Made by a program: the position numbers and the translations under genes. The notes beneath the pieces were generated by a model. That model saw nothing but the letters and a program-made list of their open reading frames with translations, did not search any database and was not told the origin of the DNA. DNA of 64,000 nt, taken from Armatimonadota bacterium. Lineage in GTDB: Bacteria > Armatimonadota > Armatimonadia > Armatimonadales > Armatimonadaceae. Of this stretch, positions 46,464-57,234 are shown one piece after another; within the stretch, counting starts at the first letter, position 1, and every line of letters starts with the position of its first letter. The stretch spans positions 1 through 64,000 of the forward strand of contig JAYUUO010000305.1 in the NCBI GenBank assembly GCA_043754515.1, written 5' to 3'.

Positions 46464-47000
46464 TTATTTCGCGGGGTGTTTGAGTAGTGCGATGAGATTG
46501 CTCGCCTGCACGGAGTCGAACTCGCCCGCCTCTAGACGTAGCACGATAACGCTCGGGGGGGTGTGAGCGAATGTGATGGTTAACCCTCCTTCGGGCAGCA
46601 ACTTCACGTGTACGCTCTCGCGCGGCGAATCGGCATCGAGAAGTTTAGCACTGTCCCTCGCGGCGACACGCAACCAGGAAGCACCGACGGCGATCAACGC
46701 CGCGAAGAACAGCACTACATACCCCCATAATGCCCGCCGCTTCAGGACGAGGGCGGTGCCGACCGCCGCGACACCCATGAACCCCGTCGCGCCGTACATC
46801 AGGGCGGCCCGGTCAACGCGGTTGGCGGTGTCCGCGAGGCGGCCCCGCAACACGTCGCCTGCTCGGAGCCGAACACTACCGTCCCCGTGCAGGACGACCT
46901 CGCCCCACTCGTCAACCCCGGCGTCGAGCTTTTGGAAGCACAGTCTCGCCAGCACGACCGGCTCGTCTGTGTCTATAGTTGATTGCGGGGTGGATGCCAT
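46464..47000 (-). CDS. hypothetical membrane protein (2 TM)
   Basis: 178-aa ORF with two central hydrophobic helices. Confidence 0.65.
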   Translation of the reverse strand: MASTPQSTIDTDEPVVLARLCFQKLDAGVDEWGEVVLHGDGSVRLRAGDVLRGRLADTANRVDRAALMYGATGFMGVAAVGTALVLKRRALWGYVVLFFAALIAVGASWLRVAARDSAKLLDADSPRESVHVKLLPEGGLTITFAHTPPSVIVLRLEAGEFDSVQASNLIALLKHPAK

Positions 47001-47061
47001 AATCTGGTGATTTCATGTACTCGCTCGGAGTAGTCGCCCTCCCAAAGTGTCGGACGACATC

Positions 47062-48429
47062 CTACGAGGGTTGGCCTTTCCCGTCCTCGCGTTTGTCGTC
47101 GGCTTTACGCGCGAACAGCCGTATCGGCGTCCCCTCGAACGGGTAAACCTTGCGGATCTGGTTCTCGATATACCGCTTGTACGAGAAGTGTAGCATGTCA
47201 GGGTCATTGACGAACATCACGATGGTAGGCGGTTTGACCGCCGCCATGGTCACGTACCGGACCTTGAACGTGCGCCCCTTATCGTTCAACGGGTGCGCAT
47301 CTACCGCGTCGCGCACGATGCGGTTCAGTTCGCCGGTCGGAATGCGGAACGCGTGCCCTTCCGCGGCGGCGAGCATCGTCTCCACCGCCGCGCCGATTCC
47401 GGTTCCGAGTAGCGCGGAGCAGTAGGCGACCGACGCGTAGGAGACGAACGGCATTTCGTCGCGCAGGTGTTGCGTGAACGAGTGAATGGGATTCTGACCT
47501 GGGTTGGCTTCCAGCACGTACTGCTTGCCTTCGTCCCATTTATTCGCCACCAGTACCGCCGCGCGTCCGGCATCGTGTCCCATCCCCGCGACACGTTTGT
47601 CGCCGTCGAGAAGCCCTTCGATGGAGTCAATCACCGTTACGGCGACATCCGCGCGCTCGATGGCACGCTGCGCCCGTAGCACGGAATAGTATTCCACGGT
47701 GCCCTGGATCTTCCCGGATCGCCTTATACCCGCCGTGTCAATCAGGGTCAGGTCGTTCCCCTCCCACACGAGTTTAGTGTCAATCGCGTCGCGCGTGGTT
47801 CCGGCGATGGGCGAGACGATGCACCGCTCCTCGCCCAGAATCGCGTTCAGCATGCTGGACTTGCCGACGTTCGGGCGGCCGACCAGCGCGATTTTGATCG
47901 AGGCGTCTTCGGCGTCCTGCTCGCCGGTGTCTGGCGGGAATGACTTGACTACCTCGTCCAACAGGTCGGCGACGCCGCGCCCGGACAGGGCGGAAACCGA
48001 GAATAGTTCGCCGACGCCAAGCTGATAGAAGTCGGCGGCGTTCATGTCACGCTTCGCATTGTCCGCCTTGTTAATCACCAGGAAAAGCGGGGTGTCGGTG
48101 CGGCGCAGGTGATTCGCAAGGTCGCGGTCGGATTCCGTGATGCCCGTCTCGCCGTCCACGAGAAACAGGATCACGTCAGACTCCTCCATGGCGACTTCGG
48201 CTTGCAACCGGATCTGTGTCAGGAGCGGGTCGGCGTCATCCATCATGATACCGCCGGTGTCAATCAGGGTGTAGCCGCGCCCGTTCCAGTCGCCGTCCGC
48301 GTATAAGCGGTCGCGGGTGATGCCGGGCTGATCCTGGACGATAGCGATGCGGCGGCCTGTCAAGCGGTTGAAAAGCGTGGATTTGCCGACGTTCGGGCGG
48401 CCGACGACGGCGATTATAGGTTTTGGCAT
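47062..48429 (-). CDS. der: ribosome biogenesis GTPase Der (EngA)
   Basis: Two GRPNVGKS G-domains, DTGG/DTAG, NKAD/NKWD and a KH-like C-terminus. Confidence 0.97.
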   Translation of the reverse strand: MPKPIIAVVGRPNVGKSTLFNRLTGRRIAIVQDQPGITRDRLYADGDWNGRGYTLIDTGGIMMDDADPLLTQIRLQAEVAMEESDVILFLVDGETGITESDRDLANHLRRTDTPLFLVINKADNAKRDMNAADFYQLGVGELFSVSALSGRGVADLLDEVVKSFPPDTGEQDAEDASIKIALVGRPNVGKSSMLNAILGEERCIVSPIAGTTRDAIDTKLVWEGNDLTLIDTAGIRRSGKIQGTVEYYSVLRAQRAIERADVAVTVIDSIEGLLDGDKRVAGMGHDAGRAAVLVANKWDEGKQYVLEANPGQNPIHSFTQHLRDEMPFVSYASVAYCSALLGTGIGAAVETMLAAAEGHAFRIPTGELNRIVRDAVDAHPLNDKGRTFKVRYVTMAAVKPPTIVMFVNDPDMLHFSYKRYIENQIRKVYPFEGTPIRLFARKADDKREDGKGQPS

Positions 48430-48569
48430 GTGTTGCCTCCTTCAAAGCGGGGCGAGGACTCGTCCTCGCGGGGTACATCTATATGTTGCGCGACAAGTAG
48501 TGTACCCCGGATGCGCCGTGCCCGCCCGTGCCGGTCGTCGCGTCGAAAGTTGCCGCGTGTCAGGCGCGA

Positions 48570-49901
48570 TCATCTCGCGGTGTCGGTATATATCTTTATA
48601 ATGTCGTGCGCGAGCCGGTCGGAATCGTGCCGCACGACCTCGGTCTCGCTCATATATTTGCCGGTGACCGGCTGATAACCCAGGTCCTGAATCGCCTCCA
48701 AATCCGGCTCGACGAAGTCCGCGCCAGCCTCATGATACCGCTCCAGCATCTCTTCGGTAGGACGCCCTTTATTGACCATCACGATGTCGAACACGCGCCG
48801 ACCGGCGTGCGCCTCGATCATCTTCACGTGATCCGACGCCGTGTAGCCGTCGGTCTCGCCGCGCTGGGTCATCACGTTGCACACATACACGCGGAGCGTC
48901 GCCTTCGATTCTCCTATCGCCTCCACGATCTCTTTGACCAGAAGGTTCGGAATAACCGACGTAAAGACGCTACCCGGCCCCATGACGATGATGTCCGCGC
49001 TTTTAATAGCCGAAAGCACTTCAGGGATCGGTTTCGGGTCGCGCGGGCACAATTTGATGCGCCGGATCGCCCGCTCGTCGCCCGCGATCAGAGACTCGCC
49101 GGTCAGCTCCTCACCGTCCTCCATCTCGCCGATCAGTACCACGGATTCCACTGTGGACGGGAGCACGCGCCCGCGAATGGCGAGTACGCGGCTCGTCTCC
49201 TCGACTGCCTGCTCGAAATCGCCCGTGATATCCGCCATCGCCGCGATCAGGAGGTTTCCGAAGTTGTGTCCCGACAGGCCGTCTTTGTCGTCAACCGTTT
49301 TGAACCGGTACTGGAACAACTTCTGCATCATCGGCTCGGCGTCCGCGAGTGCCACCAGGCAGTTGCGGATGTCGCCGGGCGGTAGCATTCCGCCCGACAA
49401 CTGTTTCTGCAACTGACCGGAAGACCCACCATCGTCCGTCATGGTCACCACGGCGGTGAGGTTCCCAGAATACTGCTTCAACCCGCGCAGAAGCGTCGAG
49501 AGTCCCGTGCCCCCGCCGATCACCACGATCTTCGCGCCTTGCGAGAGCGTGCGTTTGCGCCGGATCAGATCGGGCAGGTCCGACAGGCTTTCCGGAGAGA
49601 TGGCGGACACGATGGAGCGGTTAACGGCGATCAGCGCGTACAGCACGACGCAAAGTCCGAGGAAGACAAGGAGCGCGCCCAGGGGGCGGTTCACCATGGG
49701 GTTATCGAGTTTCAGCCCGGACGCGTCGCGAAGGATGTTATATATCGCGTCCGTGTAGTTGATCGTGTCAAGGTAGAGATAAATCGCCACGCCCAGTAGC
49801 ACGAGGAAGATGCCGACCGGCACGAGCAACAGGAAACGCTTGACGCGCATGTCCGGCTGGAACCAGCGTATCTGTTTGCGGAAACGCGCGCCGACACTCA
49901 T
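48570..49901 (-). CDS. yvcK: YvcK/GlmR (CofD-like) UDP-GlcNAc-binding protein with N-terminal TM extension
   Basis: GGGTGLS, DDGGSSG, PPGDIRNC, GHNFGNL and GPGSVFTSVIPNL motifs. ATG overlaps the rapZ stop codon. Confidence 0.92.
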   Translation of the reverse strand: MSVGARFRKQIRWFQPDMRVKRFLLLVPVGIFLVLLGVAIYLYLDTINYTDAIYNILRDASGLKLDNPMVNRPLGALLVFLGLCVVLYALIAVNRSIVSAISPESLSDLPDLIRRKRTLSQGAKIVVIGGGTGLSTLLRGLKQYSGNLTAVVTMTDDGGSSGQLQKQLSGGMLPPGDIRNCLVALADAEPMMQKLFQYRFKTVDDKDGLSGHNFGNLLIAAMADITGDFEQAVEETSRVLAIRGRVLPSTVESVVLIGEMEDGEELTGESLIAGDERAIRRIKLCPRDPKPIPEVLSAIKSADIIVMGPGSVFTSVIPNLLVKEIVEAIGESKATLRVYVCNVMTQRGETDGYTASDHVKMIEAHAGRRVFDIVMVNKGRPTEEMLERYHEAGADFVEPDLEAIQDLGYQPVTGKYMSETEVVRHDSDRLAHDIIKIYTDTAR

Positions 49902-50791
49902 TGGCTTTTCCCCCACTGCGCCGAATCCCTGTGCTGCACGAGAACCCGGTAGCCGCGCTCCCGCAGGAACGCGCCCAGTTTCTCCGCTACCACCACCGAC
50001 CGATGCTTGCCGCCCGTACACCCGATCCCGATGGTCAAATACGCCTTGCCCTCGGCGACGTAGTGCGGCAGACTCCAGCCGACCAGATCGTAAAGGCGGT
50101 CCAGAAAGCAACCCGTTTTTTCATCCCCCATCACATACCGCTCGACCTCGTTATCGAGTCCCGTGAACGGCTGTAACTCCGGCTGATAAAAGGGGTTGGA
50201 CAGAAACCGGACGTCGAACATCAGGTCGGCGTCCTGCGGCATGCCGTGTTTGAACCCGAAGGAGGCGACAGTTACCGTTATGGGATGCTGTTTTCGCTCC
50301 GCGCTCGCGTACTCGTCCATCAACAGCCCGCGTAATCCGCCCGGCGTCAGCGCGGATGTATCTATCACGCGGTCTGCACGCTCTTTGATTGGGGCTAGGC
50401 ACGCCCGCTCGCGCTCGAGCGCGGGGAGTATACCTCCGGTCTCGCCGAAGAGCGGGTGCGTGCGCCGCGTCTCCTTGAACCGCCGCAGAAGCGTCTCATC
50501 GGAGGCATCCAAGAAAAGCAGTACCGGACCGGCACCCGCCGCTACCAGCACCTCGAACGCGGACAACAAGTCGGCGACGGGTCCGCCGCGGACATCACAG
50601 ACGAGGCAGAGCGGCTTGTCCTCCCCGCCCGTGCTCTCGGCGGCGACCATGGGAAGTAGCCGCGGCGGCAGGTTATCCACCACGCGCCACCCCAGATCCT
50701 CGAAGGTACGCGCCGCCGCCTGCTTCCCCGAACCGCTCATGCCAGTAAGCACGACTATGCGCGGTCGCCCCCGCCCGTCGCTAGTGCTCAC
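49898..50791 (-). CDS. rapZ: RapZ/YvcJ P-loop nucleotide-binding protein
   Basis: TGMSGSGK, VDNLPP, RRFKETRRTHPL, SFGFKHG, DVRFLSNPFY and GCTGGKHRSV motifs. Confidence 0.95.
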   Translation of the reverse strand: MSTSDGRGRPRIVVLTGMSGSGKQAAARTFEDLGWRVVDNLPPRLLPMVAAESTGGEDKPLCLVCDVRGGPVADLLSAFEVLVAAGAGPVLLFLDASDETLLRRFKETRRTHPLFGETGGILPALERERACLAPIKERADRVIDTSALTPGGLRGLLMDEYASAERKQHPITVTVASFGFKHGMPQDADLMFDVRFLSNPFYQPELQPFTGLDNEVERYVMGDEKTGCFLDRLYDLVGWSLPHYVAEGKAYLTIGIGCTGGKHRSVVVAEKLGAFLRERGYRVLVQHRDSAQWGKSQ

Positions 50792-51164
50792 GCTTGGCGT
50801 CCCCGCTGAAGAACGTATTCATCACCCCGAACAGCGCACTCGTTACGAGCGAGCCGAACAACGCTGGGAGGAAGCCGTTCACCCGCAACCCGACGTGCAA
50901 CTCGCCGACCAGGTAAAACATCAGCGCGTTGATTACCAGGCCGAACAAACCGAAAGTGAGGCACGACAGCGGCAACGTCAGTAGCTTGACCACGGGGCGC
51001 ACGAGCGCGTTCACCAGCGTGAGCGCGAGAACCGCAACCAGAGAGGCGACCATACTTTGCGGCCCCCCGTGCGCGAAACTCAGCCCTAATCCGAGGCGTT
51101 CCCCCAGGAAAACCGTGAAGTACAGTGCCACCGCCCCAACTGCCCAGCGTATTAAAAGTCTCAT
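50781..51164 (-). CDS. YvlD/DUF360 'phage holin family' membrane protein
   Basis: LVNALVRPVVKLLTLPL...TFGLFGLVINALM signature and about 4 TM helices. Confidence 0.88.
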   Translation of the reverse strand: MRLLIRWAVGAVALYFTVFLGERLGLGLSFAHGGPQSMVASLVAVLALTLVNALVRPVVKLLTLPLSCLTFGLFGLVINALMFYLVGELHVGLRVNGFLPALFGSLVTSALFGVMNTFFSGDAKREH

Positions 51165-51353
51165 GATCGAATCGCCCCCGCCTATTATACGAATAATCCG
51201 CGCTTCTTCGCTCCCTTTGTTCAGCCACACCATCCACCGATGGCATTTTCGCGCCGACCTCTGCTATAATGATCCGAACGGATCCGCGCCTCATCCCGAA
51301 TCGCTATGTTTGACGGAACCCCGTCCGGCGAAAGAAGCGTATCACTTAAAGCC

Positions 51354-53732
51354 ATGAACAGTCACCAAAATTTATCGTCTTCGGCGCGTCGCTTCTCCTG
51401 GGGCGCGGGCCTGTCGCTCGTCGCGGGCACCGTCGGCGTCGTCGGTTTGCTCTCGGGGTCGGCCTGCGAACCCGCCGCTACGAGATCGGGCGGATTCACG
51501 GGCGACCGTCTGGTCACGGGAACCCCGAAGTTACAGGTGGCGGCGCGCGAGCAGGTGGCGAACGGCACTGCCCCGAAGACGACCAGAGACGGCGTGCGAG
51601 TCGGCACGGTCTCGGCCGAAGACGACGCCAAGATCGCACGCATAACGTCACGCCTGCTGGAAGCCCGCCACTACGCACAGGTGCCCGTGGACGACACACT
51701 CTCGCCCAAGGTGTTCGGCGCGTTCCTGACCACACTCGACCCCCAACGCATCTTCCTGTTGCAGAGCGACGTAGACACTCTAGCGACGGAGTACCGGGAT
51801 AAGATCGTCGGATTGACAAAGGATAAAGGCGATTTCACGGCGGCGCAGAAGATGTACGCCCTGCTCCTAAAGCGCGCCGAGGAGCAGACACAGTATGTCA
51901 ACACGTTGCTCGGCGACCCCACCGCGTTCACTTTCACCGGTGACGACACCTATACCATCAATCGGGAAAAGGCATCGCGGCCGACGTCGGCGGACGAGTC
52001 GCACGCCATATGGAAGCAACGGTTGCGCTACGAGTATTTGCAGGAGAAGTTGGCTAAGGAAAAGTCGGCCGACATCGTAAAGACGCTCGGTCGCCGCTAC
52101 GAGCGGTCTCTCCGGTCACTCCGCGACCTCGACAGCGATGACATCTTCGAGTTGTACATGAACTCCATCGCGCATTCACTCGACCCCCATACCGACTATT
52201 TCGGTAAGGCGACGGCGGAGTCGTTCTCCATCTCGATGAAGCTCTCTCTTTTCGGGATCGGTGCCACCTTGCGCTCGGAGGACGGCTACACCGTGGTTGA
52301 GGAGATCAAGCCCGGCTCCCCCGCTCAGGCGACCCACAAACTCAAGGCGAAAGACAAGATTGTCGCCGTCGCGCAGGGCAAAGACGGCCCCTTCGTGGAC
52401 GTCGTGGACATGAAACTGAACCGCGTCGTGGAGCAGATACGCGGCGAAAAAGACACCCTAGTGCGTCTCCGATACATACCGGGCGACGCGTCGGACCCCT
52501 CCAAGCGCGAAGAGGTGACCATCGTGCGCGACGAGATCAAACTAGAGGAATCGCAGGCGAAAGCTCAGATTATCACTCAGCCGCAACCCGGCGGGAAGAC
52601 ATTGCGCCTGGGTGTGATTGATCTGCCGCTGTTTTACCAGGACACTGACAAAGGCAAGAGTTGCACCAAAGACGTTAACACGCTCCTGCAGAAACTCAAA
52701 GCGGAAAAGGTAGACGGCGTAATACTGGACCTACGCCGCAACGGGGGCGGGTCGCTCCCCGAAGCCATCAGCCTGACCGGGCTGTTCATCAAGTCAGGTC
52801 CGGTGGTGCAGGTGCGTGACTTCGACAAGACGGTGCGTATTGACGAGGATAAGGACCAGCGCATCGCGTATGCCGGCCCGTTGATAGTCCTGACGACCCG
52901 CAACTCGGCGTCCGCATCCGAGATCGTCACCGGTGCCCTTCAGGATTACGGGCGCGCGCTGGTCGTCGGCGACGCCACCACGTTCGGCAAGGGGACGGTG
53001 CAGGCGGTTTACGATCTGGGACCGGTCATGGATCGCAACGGTTCTGCGGTAGCCGATGATCCAGGCCAGTTGAAGCTCACGATACAGAAGTTCTACCGCG
53101 CGTCCGGTGCCTCCACGCAGTTGCGCGGCGTCGCCGCCGATGTCGTGCTCCCGAGCGTGTTCGACGCGCTGAAGGTCGGCGAAAAGGACCTCGAAAATCC
53201 GTTGCCGTGGGACGTCATCCCGTCCGCAAAATACACCCCGTTCAATGAGGTGGCACAGTTCGCGCCCGAACTGGCGCGGCGTAGCGCGGCGCGGCTTGCG
53301 AAGGACCCGGACTTTGTTTATTTACGGAGCAATATCGTCCGTATCGCTAAGTTACAGGCGCAGAAGACCATCTCGCTGAACGAGGCGACGCGACGCACCG
53401 AACAGGACGCGGAAGACGCGCGGTCTGATGCGCGGCAGAAGGTACTCGCTTCACGCCCCGCCCCCGGTATGACAATCTACCCACTTACATTGACCACGGC
53501 GGTGAAGGCTGGTTTACCGAAACCGCTGACTCCCGAACAGATCAAGAAGGGTATGGTCACGGCGAACGACGTGGCGACCGCCGAGACGGATACGGAAACG
53601 GCGACCAAAAAGAAGGCTAAATCGCGCCTGCCGGAACCCGATGCCGCGCTCATTGAGGCGGAGCGGGTGATGGCCGACTATGTGAAGGTGTTCAACGTCG
53701 GGCCGAACGTGCCGCTCGCGAGGCACCAGTGA
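51354..53732 (+). CDS. prc: tail-specific protease Prc/Tsp (long S41A), possible lipoprotein
   Basis: LDPHTDYF, LFGIGATL, DLRRNGGGSL, SASASEI, TFGKGTVQ and KFYRASGASTQLRGV motifs. LSGSAC lipobox-like sequence. Confidence 0.92.
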   Translation: MNSHQNLSSSARRFSWGAGLSLVAGTVGVVGLLSGSACEPAATRSGGFTGDRLVTGTPKLQVAAREQVANGTAPKTTRDGVRVGTVSAEDDAKIARITSRLLEARHYAQVPVDDTLSPKVFGAFLTTLDPQRIFLLQSDVDTLATEYRDKIVGLTKDKGDFTAAQKMYALLLKRAEEQTQYVNTLLGDPTAFTFTGDDTYTINREKASRPTSADESHAIWKQRLRYEYLQEKLAKEKSADIVKTLGRRYERSLRSLRDLDSDDIFELYMNSIAHSLDPHTDYFGKATAESFSISMKLSLFGIGATLRSEDGYTVVEEIKPGSPAQATHKLKAKDKIVAVAQGKDGPFVDVVDMKLNRVVEQIRGEKDTLVRLRYIPGDASDPSKREEVTIVRDEIKLEESQAKAQIITQPQPGGKTLRLGVIDLPLFYQDTDKGKSCTKDVNTLLQKLKAEKVDGVILDLRRNGGGSLPEAISLTGLFIKSGPVVQVRDFDKTVRIDEDKDQRIAYAGPLIVLTTRNSASASEIVTGALQDYGRALVVGDATTFGKGTVQAVYDLGPVMDRNGSAVADDPGQLKLTIQKFYRASGASTQLRGVAADVVLPSVFDALKVGEKDLENPLPWDVIPSAKYTPFNEVAQFAPELARRSAARLAKDPDFVYLRSNIVRIAKLQAQKTISLNEATRRTEQDAEDARSDARQKVLASRPAPGMTIYPLTLTTAVKAGLPKPLTPEQIKKGMVTANDVATAETDTETATKKKAKSRLPEPDAALIEAERVMADYVKVFNVGPNVPLARHQ

Positions 53733-53744
53733 GAAGAGGACCCG

Positions 53745-54221
53745 ATGGCAAAGGAAGATAAAACAGGGGAAAAGCGCATCGTCCTGCAGAACCGCAAGGC
53801 GAGGCATGAGTACTTCATTGAGGATTCGGTAAAGGCGGGCCTGGTGCTGGTCGGCACCGAGGTCAAATCGCTGCGGTCGGGCCAAGCGAGCCTGAGCGAG
53901 TCGTACGCGCGGCTGGATAAGAACGGCGAAGCGTGGCTTCACAACATGCATATCAGCCCGCATGAGGAAGGCGGCCGGTACAACGTGGACCCGATCAGGC
54001 CGCGCAAACTACTTCTGACGCGGCGCGAGTTGACCCGTCTCAGCGCGGTGACGGAGCAAAAGGGGTTAGCACTCGTGCCCATGTCGCTATTCTTCGAGCA
54101 TGGGTTCGCCAAACTCGAACTCGGAGTCGGGCGCGGCAAGAAGCTATACGACAAGCGCGAAGCCATCGCCGACAGGGACCGAGAGCGTGAAGCGCGGCGA
54201 GAAGTGTTCGCCAGAGTTTGA
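53745..54221 (+). CDS. smpB: SsrA-binding protein
   Basis: NRKARHEY, GTEVKSLR, RKLLL and GKKLYDKRE motifs. Confidence 0.97.
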   Translation: MAKEDKTGEKRIVLQNRKARHEYFIEDSVKAGLVLVGTEVKSLRSGQASLSESYARLDKNGEAWLHNMHISPHEEGGRYNVDPIRPRKLLLTRRELTRLSAVTEQKGLALVPMSLFFEHGFAKLELGVGRGKKLYDKREAIADRDREREARREVFARV

Positions 54222-54441
54222 CGCGGGGCGGGCCTAACCGGAGCGGGGCGGATGACGGGACGCGATGCCCTCCGGGTAGTTAATGCCCGGACCGGTCGGG
54301 TACGCCCCATTCGCGTGTATATGTCAACAGCAGTTCGCGAAGTTCGGCAGGAAAAACACCGGCGCGTGCCGCAATGGTACCGACGTAAGACTACCTCGGG
54401 TACCGCGCACAACAGAATCGGTCCCACGACACTTTAGTAGG

Positions 54442-57234
54442 ATGACAAAGATGACACTGGATAGACACCGCTCGGAAAACGTTTTCGCCTTCAGCACGCT
54501 CGCGTTCGCCACCTTGCTACTACCCGCTGGTTGTGCCCTCGCTCAGCCGCCTGTTATTGGTACCGCGCCCGCCGCTAAAGACAGGATCGCGCGGTGGACG
54601 AAGATTCCGATAGTGACGGCAGCTCAGAAAAAAGCGGGCATATTTCCCGGCGGCGAAGGGTGTCAATGGCCGCGTGAGCTGGTCATCTCCGACGCCGACC
54701 CCAATTTCCTCCTACTCAGCATAGACGTTGGTGGCCTATATCGGACGCTCGACGGTGGCAAGAACTGGGAGCAGGCCACGGTCGGCTGGGACGCGCGCGG
54801 TTGCAACGGGGTGGCTATTGACCCGAAGAACCCGTCGCACCTGATCGGACTCGGGGGCAATGGGTCGGACTGGAACGAGACGTGGGGCGCGTCGCCGCAT
54901 GGGATATATGTCTCCGGTAACAAAGCCGCATCCTGGAAGCACGTCTCGGCTCTACTCGAGGGCTACGGCAACAGTGTCGCGTTCGACCCCGCTTCTTACG
55001 ATAAGGCTTCAGACATGTGCCTCGTCGCCTACGTCGCCTCGCCGAAGTCGGGACTGCTAAAAACGACGGACGGGGGAGAAACGTGGAGTGTAATCAGCGA
55101 CGTTCCCGCCGTGCTCGGGCAAGTCACGGGTGGCGTCCCGGTTCGCGTGCGTGTCGCGCCCACTGGTGGGGTCATTTACGCAGGTGGGAAGAAGGGGTTT
55201 CGGTACAGCACCGACGGCGGAAAGACATTCAACAAATCACGCGACGGCGGCGTCTCGAACATAGCCGTCGTTGCCTCCGCCCCCGATACCGTGTGGGTGT
55301 CCGGCGCGGAGGGGTTGCTTGTATCGCGGGATCAGGGAAAGACGTTCACCGCGCTTCCCGCCAGAGGTATTGACCGCGAGGCTGACAGCAAGATCGTCCA
55401 ATTTGTCTCCGTCAGTCCCGCCGACCCGAAGCGGATGTCGGCGTGGGTCGAGGGGGGGAACTGGAAGTGGGTGCGGTATTACAGCCATGATGGCGGCGAG
55501 ACATTCGCGGCAACCACTGTCTCGAAAACCGAGTCGGCGATGCCTGTCAACGTCCGGAACGGCTACAACGCGTGGCACCCCAAAGACCCGAATATTATGT
55601 ATGGTCTGGGCGGCGACTTCGTGACACGCTCCACGGACGGGGGGAGAACGTTAGTCTGGTACAACAACGGCTACAACGGGGTGATGCTAGGCGGCATGAT
55701 GAATTTTTCCGCTCACGCACCGAAGGCCGTTTTCCTTGCGTTTCAGGATTACAACGCGGCGGCGACGCGGGACGGCGGCGCGACGTGGGAATACCTTGAC
55801 GCTTCGGGTAAGGGCTGGGGCGGATACTGCTACGGCGGGCATGCCGTGGATGACCGGACGTTTTTTTACGGCGACGCCGAATCATGGGTGGCACCGCGCC
55901 TCCTGCGCATCACTCACGACGGCGGCAAGACATGGGTATTTCCTAAAGGAGAGGATGGGAAGCCGATCACGCTCGGCGGCGCGAACATCTCGCTCTCCGA
56001 CCCGACCGACGTGAACGTCCTGTTTTGCTTTGACCACCGCTCCACGGATAAGGGAAAGACGTGGCAGAAAATGTCGGATTGCGAGGGAGTTTTTACTTAC
56101 TCGCCCGCCACGAAGGTGCTCTTCGGATGCTCCGGTAGCTTCGTAGTTCGCTCGAAAGACAAAGGCGCGACGTGGGAAAAGATCGCGCAAACCACTGGCA
56201 CCATTGAGGATATCGCCGTTGACCACAGGACGGGACGCATCTATGTCGCCTCCGAGGAGAAGATGAAGGTCTATCAGGCTGGGAACTGGACGGTTCTGGA
56301 GACGCCAGCGGATCAATGGGGCAACCCGGTGCGTTGCATGACGGTGGCGACCGACCCGCGAAATCCGTCCGTCATCTATGCGGGTGGCCCGCGCAACATC
56401 TACGCGACTCACGCAACAGCGGTTCGTAGCACGGACGGCGGCAAGACGTGGCGTAACCTCACGGTGACCGCGCCGCTCAAGCCAGGCATCGGCAACGGCC
56501 CGCATGAAGTTTCCTGTATCCGCGTCAACCCGGTGACGGGCGACGCGTGGGTCGCGGGTCAGTGCTACGGGATGTGGCGCATAGCGGCACCCGCGCCGGG
56601 CGAATTGGGCACTACGGCACTCCTAGCGTCCGCGCCCAAATCACCCCGCCCCGCCCTTGTGCCCACCTCGCCCGTGTTCCTCGCGGCGCAACAGGTCGCG
56701 AACGCCGGGTTCAAGATCACGATCCAGAACGGCGATATGGAAGCCGGCGGTGACGTGCCCGACGGCTGGGGCGAGAAATGGGAGGGTCGCGCAAAGGTTG
56801 TTACATCGCGTGACACGACGCAGAGCAAATCCGGCAAGGCGTCGCTCAAAATCAAGACCATAGGCGACGCGCAGGGGCAGGGGGCGCAATCCGTGTGGGA
56901 TGCACCGGCGGGCGCGACATTCACGATCAGCGGTTCTATGAAAACGAAGGGCAACATTAAAGCAAACTTCGCGGTGCAACCGCGCACGGCGACATGGACC
57001 CCGATAGGGTTTCTGCAGATCGGGTACGCGCAGAACAACACGGATTGGCAAACATTCTCTAAGACCGTCACTCTCCCGGCAGGCTCCGTACATGCGGCGA
57101 TCATCCTGTATGTCGAAGGGGACGGCGAGGCATGGCTTGACGACGTAAAGGTTACGGACGCCAAACCGGACGGCGCGAAGGTCACGCTACGAGCCACGGC
57201 CCAACAGGCGATTCGGGTATCGGCACGCGAATGA
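54442..57234 (+). CDS. secreted BNR/Asp-box beta-propeller protein (GH74/sortilin-like) with C-terminal CBM4/9-like domain
   Basis: Many S/T-x-D-G-G-x-T-W/F Asp boxes, a signal peptide, and a C-terminal NGDME...W...SGKASL...AWLDDV module. Confidence 0.8.
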   Translation: MTKMTLDRHRSENVFAFSTLAFATLLLPAGCALAQPPVIGTAPAAKDRIARWTKIPIVTAAQKKAGIFPGGEGCQWPRELVISDADPNFLLLSIDVGGLYRTLDGGKNWEQATVGWDARGCNGVAIDPKNPSHLIGLGGNGSDWNETWGASPHGIYVSGNKAASWKHVSALLEGYGNSVAFDPASYDKASDMCLVAYVASPKSGLLKTTDGGETWSVISDVPAVLGQVTGGVPVRVRVAPTGGVIYAGGKKGFRYSTDGGKTFNKSRDGGVSNIAVVASAPDTVWVSGAEGLLVSRDQGKTFTALPARGIDREADSKIVQFVSVSPADPKRMSAWVEGGNWKWVRYYSHDGGETFAATTVSKTESAMPVNVRNGYNAWHPKDPNIMYGLGGDFVTRSTDGGRTLVWYNNGYNGVMLGGMMNFSAHAPKAVFLAFQDYNAAATRDGGATWEYLDASGKGWGGYCYGGHAVDDRTFFYGDAESWVAPRLLRITHDGGKTWVFPKGEDGKPITLGGANISLSDPTDVNVLFCFDHRSTDKGKTWQKMSDCEGVFTYSPATKVLFGCSGSFVVRSKDKGATWEKIAQTTGTIEDIAVDHRTGRIYVASEEKMKVYQAGNWTVLETPADQWGNPVRCMTVATDPRNPSVIYAGGPRNIYATHATAVRSTDGGKTWRNLTVTAPLKPGIGNGPHEVSCIRVNPVTGDAWVAGQCYGMWRIAAPAPGELGTTALLASAPKSPRPALVPTSPVFLAAQQVANAGFKITIQNGDMEAGGDVPDGWGEKWEGRAKVVTSRDTTQSKSGKASLKIKTIGDAQGQGAQSVWDAPAGATFTISGSMKTKGNIKANFAVQPRTATWTPIGFLQIGYAQNNTDWQTFSKTVTLPAGSVHAAIILYVEGDGEAWLDDVKVTDAKPDGAKVTLRATAQQAIRVSARE

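Noticed and set aside
49902..50111. 70-aa N-terminal extension of YvcK
   Set aside because: It lies inside rapZ; the ATGA-coupled start at 49901 is more plausible.
50781..51164. Prophage suggested by the 'phage holin family' protein
   Set aside because: It is a YvlD-type gene in a housekeeping context with rapZ-yvcK-der, and no phage genes are nearby.
54222..54441. tmRNA (ssrA) downstream of smpB
   Set aside because: No tRNA-like 5' GGGG...TTCGA end or 3' T-arm/CCA end, and the gap is too short.
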